From Williopsis jadinii (lineage: Eukaryota): a stretch of 64,000 nucleotides of DNA. Where the stretch lies: positions 930,001 through 994,000 of the forward strand of contig AP024665.1 of the NCBI GenBank assembly GCA_024346625.1, given 5' to 3'. Below the pieces are notes generated by a model, which saw only the letters and a list, made by a program, of their open reading frames with translations, was not told the origin of the DNA and ran no database searches. This document shows, piece after piece, positions 10,919 to 24,361 of the stretch. The position numbers and the translations under genes were made by a program. Positions within the stretch are counted from its first letter, which is position 1. Each line of letters starts with the position of its first letter.

Positions 10919-11779
10919 TCAACAATACGCCTGTGTTGTAGCCTGTGCCTGCACCGGTACCGGTGCCATGCCCATAGGGATCGGGAGTGCAATGGGGACT
11001 GGGACCTGGATTGTCATTGGTTCGTTTGGCTTGTACTTTCTCTGTCTTCTTCTTCTTTTCTTCACCTCAGTGTTGACAACGGCCAGAGCCGCAGCCTCAG
11101 CACCATCTCTTTTGAGAACTTTAGCGTGGAATAACCCACAGGCATTGCACAAAGTACGTGCTCCGTTGGGTCCCTTCCTCCATTCAGGTGTTTCAGTTAT
11201 TCCACAACGTTGGCACTGAAGGTTTGTATACCTCTTCGAGCGCGGTCGCCGTCTAGTCTGCCCCTGCAACGGATGAGGGTATACACCTTGGATAGGATGA
11301 GCACCATTCTGTGCTGGGATAACGTTTACGGGCAGGGAGTAGTGGCGGGGCACCTCTGGGTATACTGGTGCGTGTATTGGTCCATTTACAGAGAACGGCA
11401 CAGAATAGTATTGTGACCCAATCTGTTGTTGTTGTTCATGTTGATGGTGGTGATGTAGCTGCTGTTGCTGTAGCTGCTGTTGTTGTCTCTGCTGTGAGCT
11501 TGGTGAGTGTGAATCTTGCTGTGTAGGAATATGTGGTTGAACACCAGAAGGTTGAGTCTGCTGCTGTGATTGAAAATGGTGCCCGTGGTGTTCAAACGGA
11601 CTGTAGTTCAGAGAAGGTATCTGAGCAATGGGAAGAACAGTTTGGTCATTTGCGGTTGGACCAGCAATACTGCCACCGTGATGTTCCAGCGCCGGTAGTG
11701 ATAGTCTCTGTTTATGCTCTCCATATAGAGGTATGGATAATGATGACAATGAGGGTAATTTTAGCGTATTTTTTTGCAT
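10919..11779 (-). CDS. GATA zinc-finger transcription factor, Gat2/Brg1-like
   Basis: [26 protein letters not shown] (CX2CX18CX2C) finger and Q/H-rich N-terminus. Start probably ATG 11779 ([11 protein letters not shown]). Confidence 0.85.
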   Translation of the reverse strand: MQKNTLKLPSLSSLSIPLYGEHKQRLSLPALEHHGGSIAGPTANDQTVLPIAQIPSLNYSPFEHHGHHFQSQQQTQPSGVQPHIPTQQDSHSPSSQQRQQQQLQQQQLHHHHQHEQQQQIGSQYYSVPFSVNGPIHAPVYPEVPRHYSLPVNVIPAQNGAHPIQGVYPHPLQGQTRRRPRSKRYTNLQCQRCGITETPEWRKGPNGARTLCNACGLFHAKVLKRDGAEAAALAVVNTEVKKRRRRQRKYKPNEPMTIQVPVPIALPIPMGMAPVPVQAQATTQAYC

Positions 11780-14700
11780 TGTTTCCAAGTGGTGAAGGTA
11801 TTGTTTGATGCCATGGAGGTGTAAAACTTCAATACAACCGGAGAGGAGTTGGCAGCTGAGGAAGATAAATTGGCTGTTATATAGATTAGACACCATGCAA
11901 CATTCCAAAGACGCAGCTGGACTCCCCCATGTCACCACATCGCCAGTTCCGTGTTACAAATTAATTGTCACAGTTGATGTAGCGTGTGTGCATGCCATCC
12001 GTAGATGCAAACTTCTGTGCATTCCTGCGAGGTTGATTAATATACTTCCTAGAATGTACGCTGCGGATCCATGTCTAACATCTCTTCAACGCAAGGGATT
12101 CGAATCTTAGATTCAGAAAGAAGAAAATAAAAAGGAATTGGCCCTAGACCCATAGTTCTGGTTTCCCCTTTTAGGTTTATACTGGTGTGGTGTCAAGGAT
12201 TCCCCCATTTTGGGCCTATTAATGGGATATGAATCGGACTATTTACCTACAGTTGGCTGAAACTTTGCTATTTTTGACCTCAGCGTCACATTCACCTACC
12301 AACAATAAACATTCTCAAGGTTGTAAAATGTATCTAGAAGGTATAAGCGACACTACATGTTGTACATGGGCCCCATCGGTGCCCATATCGTCCAGGCTGA
12401 ATGGTTTCAGCAATTTCAAACGCTTAGAGGGCTTATAAGTTGTACACTGTAGCAGTGCTTGTATACGATCACGTGAAAGTGGGTTTATTGCATGCCGTAG
12501 CAGCGGTTCAATCAAACTGTAAGGCCGAGTTTCTTGAATTTACAGGGTATCAAGTGTATTTGTATCTTACTCGGTAGTTAGAAATGAAGGCCAAATATGG
12601 TTTGAGTCGATTACAGAAGATGTCCATTAGCTTCGATTTAGGGAGTCCAGATGCAATAAGAAGGGCCACAGGGGTCTACCTTTGGTATGAGGATGCTCTC
12701 TGGAGCTCTTGTGTGATGAATAAATTATATTGAGGTTTCAAAAGTCTTTATGTGCTGATATAGCCCCTACAGGGGGTACGTATGATATGGAGAATTGCGC
12801 ATGTTCTTTGAATTCATCCATCTACTGACACAAGATTACAGTGCCGTATTCACATCCATTACTGAAGTTTGGAACCACCGTCTATCATCGTCATCGTTAT
12901 ATAAGACGTCCACCATATTATTATGTTACCTGTCGTAAAACGGTGTGATTATGTACTTAGCAGCGCAATATTACTATGGTGCTGAGGGATCATAAGTATA
13001 CAGTCTAGCGCTCAAAAGTTAACATCAACATATACATGTATTCAGAACTAGAGATCTCTGGTACATAGTTTTTACATTGTTGGACTTAGATTCTGCCATA
13101 GCCTAATGTCAGACTTTGAGTAGATAGTGGAACAGGCTGGGGCAAATTATAATCCGGGATCTGGGGGTGTATGTAAATCGATTACCTTGACATGTAAAAT
13201 TTGTTGATACATTACTTATCCAGCCTTGGGATAATGCAAGTGTTGAAAGCTGAAACACACATTAACTTCAACACCCCAGAACTGACAGCCAATAGACCCA
13301 AGTAATGACGAAATCATGCGAAAACAAAAAAGCAGGAAGATATTTGAAGCAAATCTTTAGGCAGATAATGATCCGCTTTGTCCAATATTCATGTCATTGT
13401 AGCTAATAGAGGGATGAAGAGATGAAACTGTCTCTAGTTCACACCATTTGAGACATATTTCAAACCCCCAAATCTATCATACTTCATGAGTCTTTCCAGT
13501 ATTTCCTTTCTAGGGCAAATAACTAAGGCGTTTCCGTTACTCATACGTACACTGTCTTTCAGCTAAGGCTATGGCAAAACATATTCCAGCCTTTCGACCC
13601 GTTATTTTTACATACATTCAAGTGGTTTTAGAGTTTGTGGGGCCTTGTAGCTTCAAGTTAAAACTAAACACCAGTTGTGTATACTGCGCTGTAGAAACCA
13701 TTCCTTATACCTGACGCACGGGCTCGCGGCATGAGAAAGAGGGTTATAACAGGTATATCGAATGAACCCACTAATAAGTAGCTATGTCAAATCCACGCTA
13801 CGTTTACTCTCAGAAACAATCACTTAATGAAGCCGTGGCTAATAGTTCTATTAGAAGTCAGGGACTAATATTCCCTTTAACTGATCCTGTGCCAAAACAC
13901 CATGCAGCGAGCAAGTGACCTTGACGGCATAGCTCTTGTGGAACAACATTCTACCAAAATACATAAGAAATATGTCCTAAACAAAGAACCATACCACCCA
14001 GCTGTAACTCATCCTCCGGTGATCTCTTCTAAGACATGCGATTGGTTGTTTTGTCGCCCAATAACATGTAAATATGCCTATAATCAACCCTTAAGCTCCG
14101 GGTACTGTAGATTTTATTCCAGTTGAAGAACTGTGTCCTAATAAGGCACTTAGATAGTGCATACACTTACTACGGGGACGAAGGGCAGATGATATGTTCT
14201 TCGATAAGGAATGATACTGGGGCATTTCTTACTGCAGTCTCTCTCCGTATTCGCTTAATTATTACCTTTTTAATGATAATATAGTGATATTAATCCAGCG
14301 ACCCGAAATTAATTTTGCAGACGGCATCGATATTTCTTTGGAGAATGCCAAATATCTCGTTGTCTGAACTCATGGTACATAACGATCAGATCGACGCATA
14401 GCTGAGGTCATAAAGTGCATGATATTATATTAATCTGAGTTGTTGGAAACAAACGTACTTGGGGTTTATACTTGTCTGGTTAAAAGAGTAATTTCCCTAT
14501 TGAATCCTTTACGAAATATTAACTCGCTTAATTCAGAAGCCTGTGGTAGTTATGCTTGATGTTACTGCGTGAGCCAGTAACGTCAACATCACCATACTAT
14601 TTTCTCCTTAACGTGGTACTTTGAAGTTTATCAATGGTCCATAATTGGCTGAAATATAACTACATACGACGTAATACAAGACTCACGAATAGATGTTCAA

Positions 14701-17188
14701 TCGATGGAGGCGACAGATGTCAAAATTTGATTACCGGGCAACCTCTTGAGTTGGCATGTACCGATCATTGACCAAAAGAACTCAAAACAACGATATACGC
14801 CTTCTAAATATTGGATATAGAATTGCATAATAACCGTAGATAATTATATTCTCACAAGTGCTTTGACATAGCCATCTTTTTTGAATGATCTGGACCCCAC
14901 AGATCGCTTTATAGAACGTTCTTCAAGCTGATCAGTGACTCTTGATAAACGTTAATTATAGGCTTATCGAATGGTACAAGGATAAGCTATAAACCAAAGG
15001 TAAGACTTACAGTAGACACTAAGCGCATACTTCATACTATGACTGAAATGCATATCGTAACTGAAACGTCAATCAAAAGAGAAGTAAAATCGTCATGACA
15101 CTTTCTTTCCATGGTTATCGGCACGAATGTGTCTCTCGTATAATATTGGACGCGTCCTACCTACATATGATATAGTTCAAATCGCCGTGGAGATGGTCAT
15201 TTCAATGCTACAATTGGCGTTGGCCAAGTAAGACATCTGCGATAGCGTGAAACATTCTTAGCGATCATAGAATCTAGATCAGTTCAAAGCTAGGTTGGTA
15301 TATGTTTGTCCTGGCTCTGCATATGTAAAGGATCTCAGATCTGAGATGTTAGCAATGTAAAAGATGTCAAAGTCATGGTGGATAAGCAGAACCACAACAT
15401 GTGAACATTGGTGAGCGTTTAACACCTTCTAACTGGAAAACATCATTTGGTATAAGATAATGGTAATAAGACAGGCTCATCAATATCAGACTCTGAGGCA
15501 ACAACCCATGTAACTTTCCCTCGTTTGAAGTAATATGTACCCTCCTTGTGTATTAAACGCACATCCTATCCTAGGGGAGTAAGATTTGATATTCTGTCTC
15601 TTTCTGACGTCTGAGAGACTGGACTTCGTAAATCGATCAAACCCTTTGTAATAACACTCGGCTAAAAATTAACGGCAATCACATTGCAAAAGTACGTAAT
15701 GGGAGACTGTGTGCATATTAACTCAGGGAACTGCATCATGCTAGTATCACCACAGCTCAAGACATGTGTCTAAGGCTTGGTTCTGTATAAATATTTGCAA
15801 CTTAGAATGGTTTGTGATATCCGACCTTGGGATTCGAGTTTCAGTTCTATTGCTGAATTAATCGAATCGTAAACCACTGTAACAGTTAACAATTGTTGCA
15901 CCTCTGTTATGTTTTATTGGAACAGCTTGGATCATGGACTGTCAAGATTCGGGTGTGTCTACAATGGTTTAAAAGGGACTCTTCGAACCATGGTATTTCC
16001 TGATTTTTCCAAGTTCCTATGAACTAACCTTTCATCTTATACTGTCACACCATATTGACTAAGAATTATCTTACTGTCATCATTCCATCACACTAATAAC
16101 GTTTAGCCGGTACTTGAAGTGGAAAGATGCCGTATCGATAACTGCTTAGTTGTTGATTGTGTAATACATGGTGATATCATTAACTATCGGAAACCATAAG
16201 CTGAACCCTGGAGAGCACAGGTTATAATTTTGCGGTGGAATTTGTTAAAAAGCACTCCTTATAGATAATTTCATCGAAGCATACGAGACCTGAACAGTGT
16301 ACATGGAGTTTGTCACTTCAAGACTATAGGAGTGGGGAACTTACCTTAATAATTTAACTGCACCTTGCCTTTTCTACAATTATCTATATGCACATGTCAT
16401 CGCTTACTGAGGTCTATTTCTTCACTGTGACAGGGGAAAACCGTTTCAAAGGGCTCGAGTTGACAAAGCTATGCAATCCAGGGTGCACACGCAACACTCT
16501 GTAACCTTGCAATGATACCCAAATGCTCTACAATTATGTATTGGTATAGGCAAATCTGCTGCTATCAAACACCATCCTCCAGACGCACTTGCTGACTGGA
16601 CAAGTCACCACGAAATGTGCACTTGCAGTCAACGGCTAGCCACTGCTGAGCAGGACCCAACGTTGATCGATATGCGACCCACATACGTTTTGTTACATGC
16701 CTACGGAGTGACTTGTGGGCCACAGCCTAAGGTCTCTGAGGGTACAACTGTCGATCGCGTCGCCAAAAGCAAGCACATCCTCATACACTCGCAGTTTAAT
16801 AATAATGAAGCTAATAATTGGAATTACTTAAGAACCATCAAGAAGGACCAGTGGATGTCGAACTGTGTCCTTCTTTGTTGTTCTTCCTTCTCACGTTCCG
16901 CACCCGTCGCCTAGAGCTTCTTTCCAGATGAGTCCAGGCCAGAGAAAGTGCTCCCTGTGGGCTGTTTTTCAAGCCCCGGCTAAAAGCACGGGCTTAAGCA
17001 GGCAGTGTAGGCGAAGCAGCTGATTGCTGGAACCAGATTAGGGAGAGTGACGAGCTAATTAGCCGTTCATCTCAGGCAAAACAAGCCCATCTTGACTTGT
17101 TTCACTCACAATTGAAAGTTTTAAACAGCAGACATACCAGGGACTACAGACGAGCAAGAACAATTCCCAAAGAACAAACAATATTCAA

Positions 17189-18562
17189 ATGCATATAAGC
17201 AAAGATACTCACGAGTTTTCATTCACCCTCGACGTGGACGCCCCACATAGGTCGTACTCTGTTGGAGAAACCCCCATCTTTACTGTTAACGATGTGGTGA
17301 CAGGCACAGTCACGCTCCGAGTCAAGAAGGATATAAGTGTGAAGGATATCCAAGTGAAAATATCAGGCCGGTCAAAGACCAAGGTCAGCATGATGGTGAA
17401 GAAGGGCGACAAAGTGAGGGAGGAAACTGAAACAACAGATCATGAACTTGTATATGACGTTGAGACCCTTTTCCCTCCTCTAAACGTCAAGCAGGTTTCC
17501 AAGAACAGCAAATTCACTCTGGTTCCAGGTGAGTACGTCCATCACTTTGCGCTGAGATTCCCCTTCAACGGTATGTGTGGTGACCCACAGTCTGTTCGAG
17601 AGTCCAACATGGACAGTTCCAGGTACGAGAGATCCTCATTTAAGCACCACAGAGCGAACGATGGCCAAACGCATGTAAAGTCCATGCTACCTCCTTCTTT
17701 CACTGTGACTGGTGAGAAAACACTGGATAGCAAATCTGTTGATAAAGCATCGATCACGTATCAAATCAAAGCTTCTTTACACCGAGGTGAAATGCTAGCG
17801 CCCTCCACTAGGCTCATTCGTGAGCTTGATCTCGTTCAGCCAGGACCTGCGTTATCTCAAATACCATCGATACCTTTGATCACTTACTATACCAATACAA
17901 TACTTTCAGGAAACAGCAGCTACAGACTCAAATTGATCTCCCAGCAGACCATTGTCCCTGGCTACCAGGAGTGGCAGTTGATGTTGCAGTCAACGACAAA
18001 TCGGCCAGTCACCATTGACTCGTTGTCCTTGGGACTTGAAGGGAAAGTTTGCATCTACTCGGCGAACTTTAATACCAAAGTCCACCATTATATACCGTTG
18101 AAGAGCTTTCACAATGTGCCGATATCTTCAGTGACGTTCGAGCCTAATCCGAATAATGAGCCAGTATTCAAATATCAAACTGACCTTTCAAAATGGCTTG
18201 ATCCAGTCGATTTATCCCACTCTGTGAGTGACTTTACAACGTGTAATATTTCGATCAGACATGCTTTAATCTTAGACTCTATCATTGAGGGGGCATGCAG
18301 TCAGTTGGTGGCCCGAGATATCACTGTGTCAGGCCCACCGTTGGAGGAGGATGAATATGCAAATATTTATGGTCATAGACCATCAAGTACTTTTGAGCCA
18401 TCCCAAAGTATCCAAGAAGGAAATCCTCCCATCAAACCGCAAAGGCCAACAACTGTTGCCACGATCAGTTCATCATCGCCAATTGAAGAGGTCCCACCCC
18501 CTCAACCACAGCGACCAGAACAGCTTCCGTCTTACGAGCAGGCAATTAACTCTTCCCACTAA
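17189..18562 (+). CDS. ART10: Alpha-arrestin (Art10-like) with C-terminal PY-like motif
   Basis: Arrestin_N pattern (NDVVTGTVTL...IQVKISGRSKT...LFPPLNV...PGEYVHHF; LPPSF) and LPSY near the C-terminus. Confidence 0.65.
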   Translation: MHISKDTHEFSFTLDVDAPHRSYSVGETPIFTVNDVVTGTVTLRVKKDISVKDIQVKISGRSKTKVSMMVKKGDKVREETETTDHELVYDVETLFPPLNVKQVSKNSKFTLVPGEYVHHFALRFPFNGMCGDPQSVRESNMDSSRYERSSFKHHRANDGQTHVKSMLPPSFTVTGEKTLDSKSVDKASITYQIKASLHRGEMLAPSTRLIRELDLVQPGPALSQIPSIPLITYYTNTILSGNSSYRLKLISQQTIVPGYQEWQLMLQSTTNRPVTIDSLSLGLEGKVCIYSANFNTKVHHYIPLKSFHNVPISSVTFEPNPNNEPVFKYQTDLSKWLDPVDLSHSVSDFTTCNISIRHALILDSIIEGACSQLVARDITVSGPPLEEDEYANIYGHRPSSTFEPSQSIQEGNPPIKPQRPTTVATISSSSPIEEVPPPQPQRPEQLPSYEQAINSSH

Positions 18563-19486
18563 TCAATTCTCATAATCCGGTTCTTGGCCTACAGGACTTG
18601 AGATACATATAGACATGTTAGGTTAGATTATACGTCTTTTCTGTACTCTATGGGTTTATACGTGTAGATGTTATTTTAGTTACATTACTGTCATTACATA
18701 GTTACATTCACTGAATGTGCTAAATCTTGAGGTAGTGACATAGACGGTTTCCGCTCATTTTGGCTTCTTCGATCTAGCAAACGTATTCTTAGCCTACTAT
18801 ACGCAAATCACCATTGGCACACTGGCAGAGTTATAAGCCAGTCTTGTCCTCTCGTAGAGATGATGTCAACAATTTAGCATTTCCTATGCCCAGGTCTCAA
18901 TGCTAGCCATGTGCATTTAGCCGATAAAGCTATGTAATTTGAAGTACAGCGGTTTACAGTTGACGGACTTCATCTACCATGTGCTTTGCATCAAGTGCAA
19001 TGCTGTGCAGTCGTTTAACACTGTAATAACCTTGCTTAGCACTGTAGAGGATAAACTGGCCATGCAGAATACGAAACAACACAGGCCCAAATGAAACATA
19101 CGGGTAAATTGTGTACTGTGCGTTGCCATATACACTCACTGTAATAAAGAGGTATATGTTCATGGTCATGTTCCCATGCGCAGATGTACATGTAACTTTC
19201 GTTTGTTGTGTTTCATAATTTATCTAGTCCTCTTCGAAATAAGATCCCAGGATCAATTATCCTTCAGCGAACCTATAAGTGCATACACCTATTGTAACTA
19301 CACTGTATTATGAACATCACACAAGTGATCAGTCAATACGGGTGTTTTTGAAACCGGTGCATCAAAGTTGATTACCCTACACACCTTCTGGTGAAGGTAT
19401 ACTTCTAGGCAATGAAATATATGCTTCGTTGTATGAAGTCCCTGTACATAATCTTGAATAAACATGGTGTTTCTCTTGGAACATGT

Positions 19487-21484
19487 TCATTGCGAAGACA
19501 GCTTTTCCAGTGCTTCCTTCACCAAATGGCTTCCTTTCGGATCCAAATTCAATGCGATGGTATACTGTTTAATGGCATCATTCTTTTTACCAGCCATACT
19601 GTATAATTGACCCAATAGGTAGTGAACACTTGCCTCGTCTGGCGCTATGGCAACCAAACTCTCAAATTCAATCAATGATGCATGGTATTGTTCCATTGAA
19701 AAGAGCAACTGCGCCTTTTTGAAACGTGCGAGTGCACTCAGTGGCTGAATCTTACATGCCAATTGATACTGGTGTAGGGCCTTGTCACGTTCGTCCAATT
19801 TTTCAAGCATCATACCCAAACAACAAATCAAAATCACATTAACAGGGTTTATATCAAGAGCCTTTCTAAAGTGGAATTCTGCACGGGGAAAATTGCCCAA
19901 CTTCAAATAAACCATACCAATACCATACAATGCGTTGTAATGTTTTGGATCCATCAACAAGGCAAGGCGGAAACTCTCCAATGCATGCTCATAGGCATCG
20001 TTGGCCACATATTCATGTCCTTGTAGAGTGTATGCGTATGAAAACTTCTCGTCGATCTGAGTGGCTCGGTGGAAACACTTTATAGCTTCATCAGGTTCTC
20101 TTGTCAATGAGAATAAGTTTCCGATCGCTACCCACGTCTGTGGGGCATTTTTGTCAACAGAAACCAACTCATGAGCCAAATGGCATAGCTCAACTTCTTT
20201 GTGGAGATGCCAAAGCAGTGTCGAGTAGTATTCCATGTCTTCAATCCTTGTTCGATCTAGTTTTCTTAATTTCTCAAAATACACCTTTGATTCGGGGTAA
20301 TTCACAATTTCGAAATGCAGTCTCCCCAATTTACTTAAAACCCATGGCGTCTCCAAGTGACTTTCAGGGAGTGTGTTCAAGATCCTAATCGCCTTAAAAC
20401 AATCAAATCTACACATTGCCTTGTACCCACTTGCATACGTCGCATACAAAGACAATAGATACTGTGCACCAAGGTTTTCATGGGTCATAAAGTTGGAATT
20501 TGAACCATCACTGGACCCCAACAATACCTTTGTCTTCTTTTGAAAGAATTCAGTTGCTGAACTCTTTCGAGGTATGTTAATTTTACTTCTTGATAGAGGC
20601 TGTCCGGTTGTGAGTCTTGAAGTAAGTTTCCCGGGTCTCTGATTCTTAACCATCGTGTCCAATACAGGCTGTTGTGGTTGTTTGAAGGTATTTGTATCAC
20701 GGCTTGTTGAGGAAGATCTCAGTCGTCTAGTTGGTGCGCTAGGCATCGCTGCTTGGTTCAATCTTGGAGTCTCGAACGTATCTGAAACCACTGCTGTTTT
20801 TGGACTCGAGTCTGCATTTCCAAATGATTTAAAGGGTTGAATATTAGGTGTTCTAGTTTCTCCAAAGGGATCCCTCAGATCAGAATTATCATATGTTGCT
20901 GTTGAATCACCAGATAATGGGAATGAGGATGGATTAGATGGTGTCTTGTATATGGCCTTCACCCTGAAATTTGCCCTCAGCTTATTCAACTCTTCAAATG
21001 AATCCCAGATGAAAGGATTCCGCTTCAACGCCTTTGAGTGGCATATTGCGCTCTCTTTGTTATCACCAATGGATGAATATAGCTTCCCCAATAGGTTGAA
21101 GAACGTTGCTGGGTCTGGCATCAACCTTCTCTCAAATTCGTACGAAGATGATAGGGAGAACTGTTGGCTTTCCCAGGAGGACTGCGTACTCGTCAACGCA
21201 TACACTCCCTCCAACCCTTTCTCCAACTTCAATGCAGCCGTAGCAAACACATAAGCGCATCCAATATGCTGGGAGTTTGCAGTCAAGTTGTATGCACATT
21301 TGAATCTAGACTGTTTCAATAGAACCAGTCCATAGAGAAACTTTGAGTCCTCATTATGATCTCCCGTCTCAGCAACTAGTTTCTCTGCTGCAAATAGCGC
21401 TGACGACAAAAGATCGTTATCAAGACTATACACAACAATAGATCGTAGTTGTTGGTTGCTGTACTCCTTCACAGCCGTTGACAT
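19487..21484 (-). CDS. CDC27: APC/C subunit Cdc27 (Apc3)
   Basis: N-terminal ALFAAEKL TPR region and C-terminal TPRs (MEYYSTLLWHL, YAYTLQGHE, HYNALYGIG). Confidence 0.95.
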   Translation of the reverse strand: MSTAVKEYSNQQLRSIVVYSLDNDLLSSALFAAEKLVAETGDHNEDSKFLYGLVLLKQSRFKCAYNLTANSQHIGCAYVFATAALKLEKGLEGVYALTSTQSSWESQQFSLSSSYEFERRLMPDPATFFNLLGKLYSSIGDNKESAICHSKALKRNPFIWDSFEELNKLRANFRVKAIYKTPSNPSSFPLSGDSTATYDNSDLRDPFGETRTPNIQPFKSFGNADSSPKTAVVSDTFETPRLNQAAMPSAPTRRLRSSSTSRDTNTFKQPQQPVLDTMVKNQRPGKLTSRLTTGQPLSRSKINIPRKSSATEFFQKKTKVLLGSSDGSNSNFMTHENLGAQYLLSLYATYASGYKAMCRFDCFKAIRILNTLPESHLETPWVLSKLGRLHFEIVNYPESKVYFEKLRKLDRTRIEDMEYYSTLLWHLHKEVELCHLAHELVSVDKNAPQTWVAIGNLFSLTREPDEAIKCFHRATQIDEKFSYAYTLQGHEYVANDAYEHALESFRLALLMDPKHYNALYGIGMVYLKLGNFPRAEFHFRKALDINPVNVILICCLGMMLEKLDERDKALHQYQLACKIQPLSALARFKKAQLLFSMEQYHASLIEFESLVAIAPDEASVHYLLGQLYSMAGKKNDAIKQYTIALNLDPKGSHLVKEALEKLSSQ

Positions 21485-22249
21485 AGTTCCGTTGCTCGTA
21501 GATTCCGTCCTTCAACCAGATGCTGTTCTGTTCTTGTATGTTTGATGTGAGTTGATCTTGATAGAAAGTCGTCTGTTCTTCCAGCAGAGGTGAAGCACGT
21601 GTTTGTCAACGTTCTCCTTCTTTGATAAACAAAATCTTGATAAACAAAAAACAAGCCACAAAAGGATTAACCGCTCAACTCAAACCATAGTGAGATGGAA
21701 GAAAAAAAAACACACGCATCAAAACACTCCCGGAATAGATAAAGGAAAACAATACAATTCCGAGGGATAAACACTGTCTGTCATTTGACGTTCGGTGTCA
21801 CTAAGACAGCGCGACTAAATGGTACGTGCAGCACCTCTTGTTGCTGAAAAGTGAAAGGTTAGGGTTTCTATAGTGATACGCCCTCCACGAAATTTCAGAA
21901 ATGGCCGAAGCGTCTGGCTACCGCGGTCCAGCCTTTTGGTGCGGTGTTGTCTTTTTTCTGGTTTGTTTTTTTTTTGCTTTCTCTTTGGGCCTATTTTCGT
22001 GGCTCCAAACTTCGAGATAGAACCACCCTAGAACAAAAACAGAGGTTGTCTTGTATTGCTCAACGAATCTGTTTTTCTTCTTTGACCCACATCTTGCTTA
22101 TAGCATTGATTCTGTCAGTTACGTGGAACTGTCTGCTTTAGTCATTAAATCTACACTTGTATCGAGATAGCAACGTTAGAAGCAGCGGTCATTTCACAGT
22201 TGCATCAATTCAAAAAGGACGAAACACAAAGGGAAAGAAGGATTGGTGG

Positions 22250-24198
22250 ATGAGGTTGGCACTTTTGCTAGTGAGCTGCTTAAACGCAGCCAAAGTGATG
22301 GCATGGGACCCGCTTGGTATGTACATCGTGACTGTGCGCATATGGGCGTTTTGTACTAACTGGAAATAGGATGGTCTCCCAACTACTTTGAGCCAGGACA
22401 GGCTGTTGATCTGTATGTGAATAGGGTCGAGTCTGACACAACACAGTTGCCGTACGCCTACTACGACTTGCCCTTCACATGTCCGCCTAAGCCTGAAACT
22501 AAACCTCTGCATTTGTCATTGAACGAGGTCATCAGAGGTGATCGTATATGGGAGTCCGATTACATATTGAACTTCATGGAGGATGCCCCATGTCATCGTC
22601 TGTGTGATCGTTTAACACGTCCTGAAGGACAGAGAAGGGCCGATCAGCTTATCAGAAGTGGATACGTTGTTGAGTGGTTAATCGATGAGTTACCAGGTGC
22701 GACGACCTTCATCAGTTCCACCGATAAGAAGAAGTATTACGCTTCGGGCTTCCCTCTCGGATTCGTAAGAAATGGGAGAACATTCATACACAACCATGTG
22801 ATGATGGTTATCAGATATCACAAGGAGAAAAATGGTAAGTACACCATTGTTGGATTTGAAGTTTACCCAAGAAGTGTCAGTGATTTCCATTGTCCGGGTG
22901 CATCTAAGAACTTTGACAATTTTGAACTCGATGTTGATGCGAAGGATACCATTCTCATACCATTTACTTATTCGGTATACTGGAGAGAAGAATCTGCGAT
23001 AAGCTGGAACGATAGATGGAAACTGTTTTTCAAGAGTGAAGTCGATGACGACGAAATGCACTGGATCTCATTGGTGAACTCTTTAGTCTTGGTCGCATTC
23101 TTATCAACGGTCGTTGCAGCTGTACTCTTAAGAACATTGAATCGTGATATTCAAACTTATAACAGTCTGGATATTGCAACTAATGGCATTGCAGTGGAAA
23201 CAGATGCTAATGACTACACAAATTCTGGATGGAAGTTAATCTCAAACGATGTTTTCAGAGAACCTTGGAGCTCAGTGTTCTTGTGTCTCTTGTTGTCATC
23301 CGGTGTCCAAGTGTTCTTCACAATCATTGGTGTATTAATAGCATCCACTACTGGATTGATGGGTCCGAATGTGAGAAGCAGCATCCTCAGTACGTCATTA
23401 CTGTTGTTCATTGTCGGTGGATGTGCTGCTGGCTATTCTGGTATCAGATTTTACAAAAATTTCACCCAGGAATTGTTTGTCAAACGCAGTTTTGTATTGT
23501 CCTTGATCTTTGGTGGTTTCTTACCATTTGTTGTCTTAGTCTCTGTCTTGATACTGAATTGTATCGTATGGGCGAAAGATTCATCAACGGCGTTGCCATT
23601 TGGAACTGTGGTACTGCTCATCTTTTTCTTCTTGACCTTAGAGATGCCATTGTCGGCAATTGGAGGGTTTATTGCTAATCGTTCAGCACCTTCAAAGATC
23701 AATGCAAACCTCTCCAAACCTATCAGATCCATTCCAAGACAACCAAAGTTCACGTCATATATCTATGCCATACCAGTTTTCGGTCTCTTGCCGTTTGGAA
23801 CCATATATGTTGAGTTATTATTTGTCTTCAGATCCGTGTGGCTAGAAAAGACCTCTTTCTACTACATGTATGGCTTCTTATTGTTCACCATCTTGTTTTT
23901 GAGCGTCATTGTTATGGAGAGTGTTATCGTTTCCATATATGTATCCCTAACATATGGAGATTATAGATGGCAATGGAGATCGTTTATAGTTGGTTCCAGC
24001 GTTGCTTGGTACGTCGAAGTGTACTCCATATATTACTTCTTTGTCTACCTAAAGGTTACTGACTTCAGCTCAATAATACTTTACCTGTCATATACCACAA
24101 TCCTAAGCATTCTGCTAGGTTTTGCATTTGGTGCTTTGGGGTTATACTCTGCATCTATATTCATCTACAGAATATACGGTGCTATCAAGGCTGAGTGA
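22250..24198 (+). CDS. TMN3: Transmembrane-9 (EMP70/nonaspanin) protein; exons 22250-22316 and 22370-24198, 631 aa
   Basis: Signal-peptide exon MRLALLLVSCLNAAKVMAWDPLG; 53-nt intron GTATGT...TACTAAC...TAG; GWKLISNDVFR and YRWQWRSF; KxE C-terminus. Convergent with LSM4 as in S. cerevisiae. Confidence 0.88.
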
Positions 24199-24361
24199 AT
24201 GCAACACCGAGAGCATGGACCCAACAACGCATAAATTGTTCTACAACAATCACATATACCTGTGTATATATAACAGCACATAAACGTTAATAATAACAAT
24301 GCTATAATGATATTGCATTAAAATCTTTAGTATACATTGAAAGAGGGAAAAAAAAGAGCGT

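Noticed and set aside
12090..12115. GGGATTCGAATC B-box-like word suggesting a tRNA
   Set aside because: Mismatch to GTTCRA and no cloverleaf or A box around it.
12468..12600. CDEI-like ATCACGTG suggesting a point centromere
   Set aside because: No >85% AT CDEII follows and no CDEIII CCGAA at the proper distance; at most a Cbf1 site.
16337..16350. ACTTACCTTAA resembling the U1 snRNA 5' end
   Set aside because: No stem-loop I, U1-70K loop or Sm site downstream.
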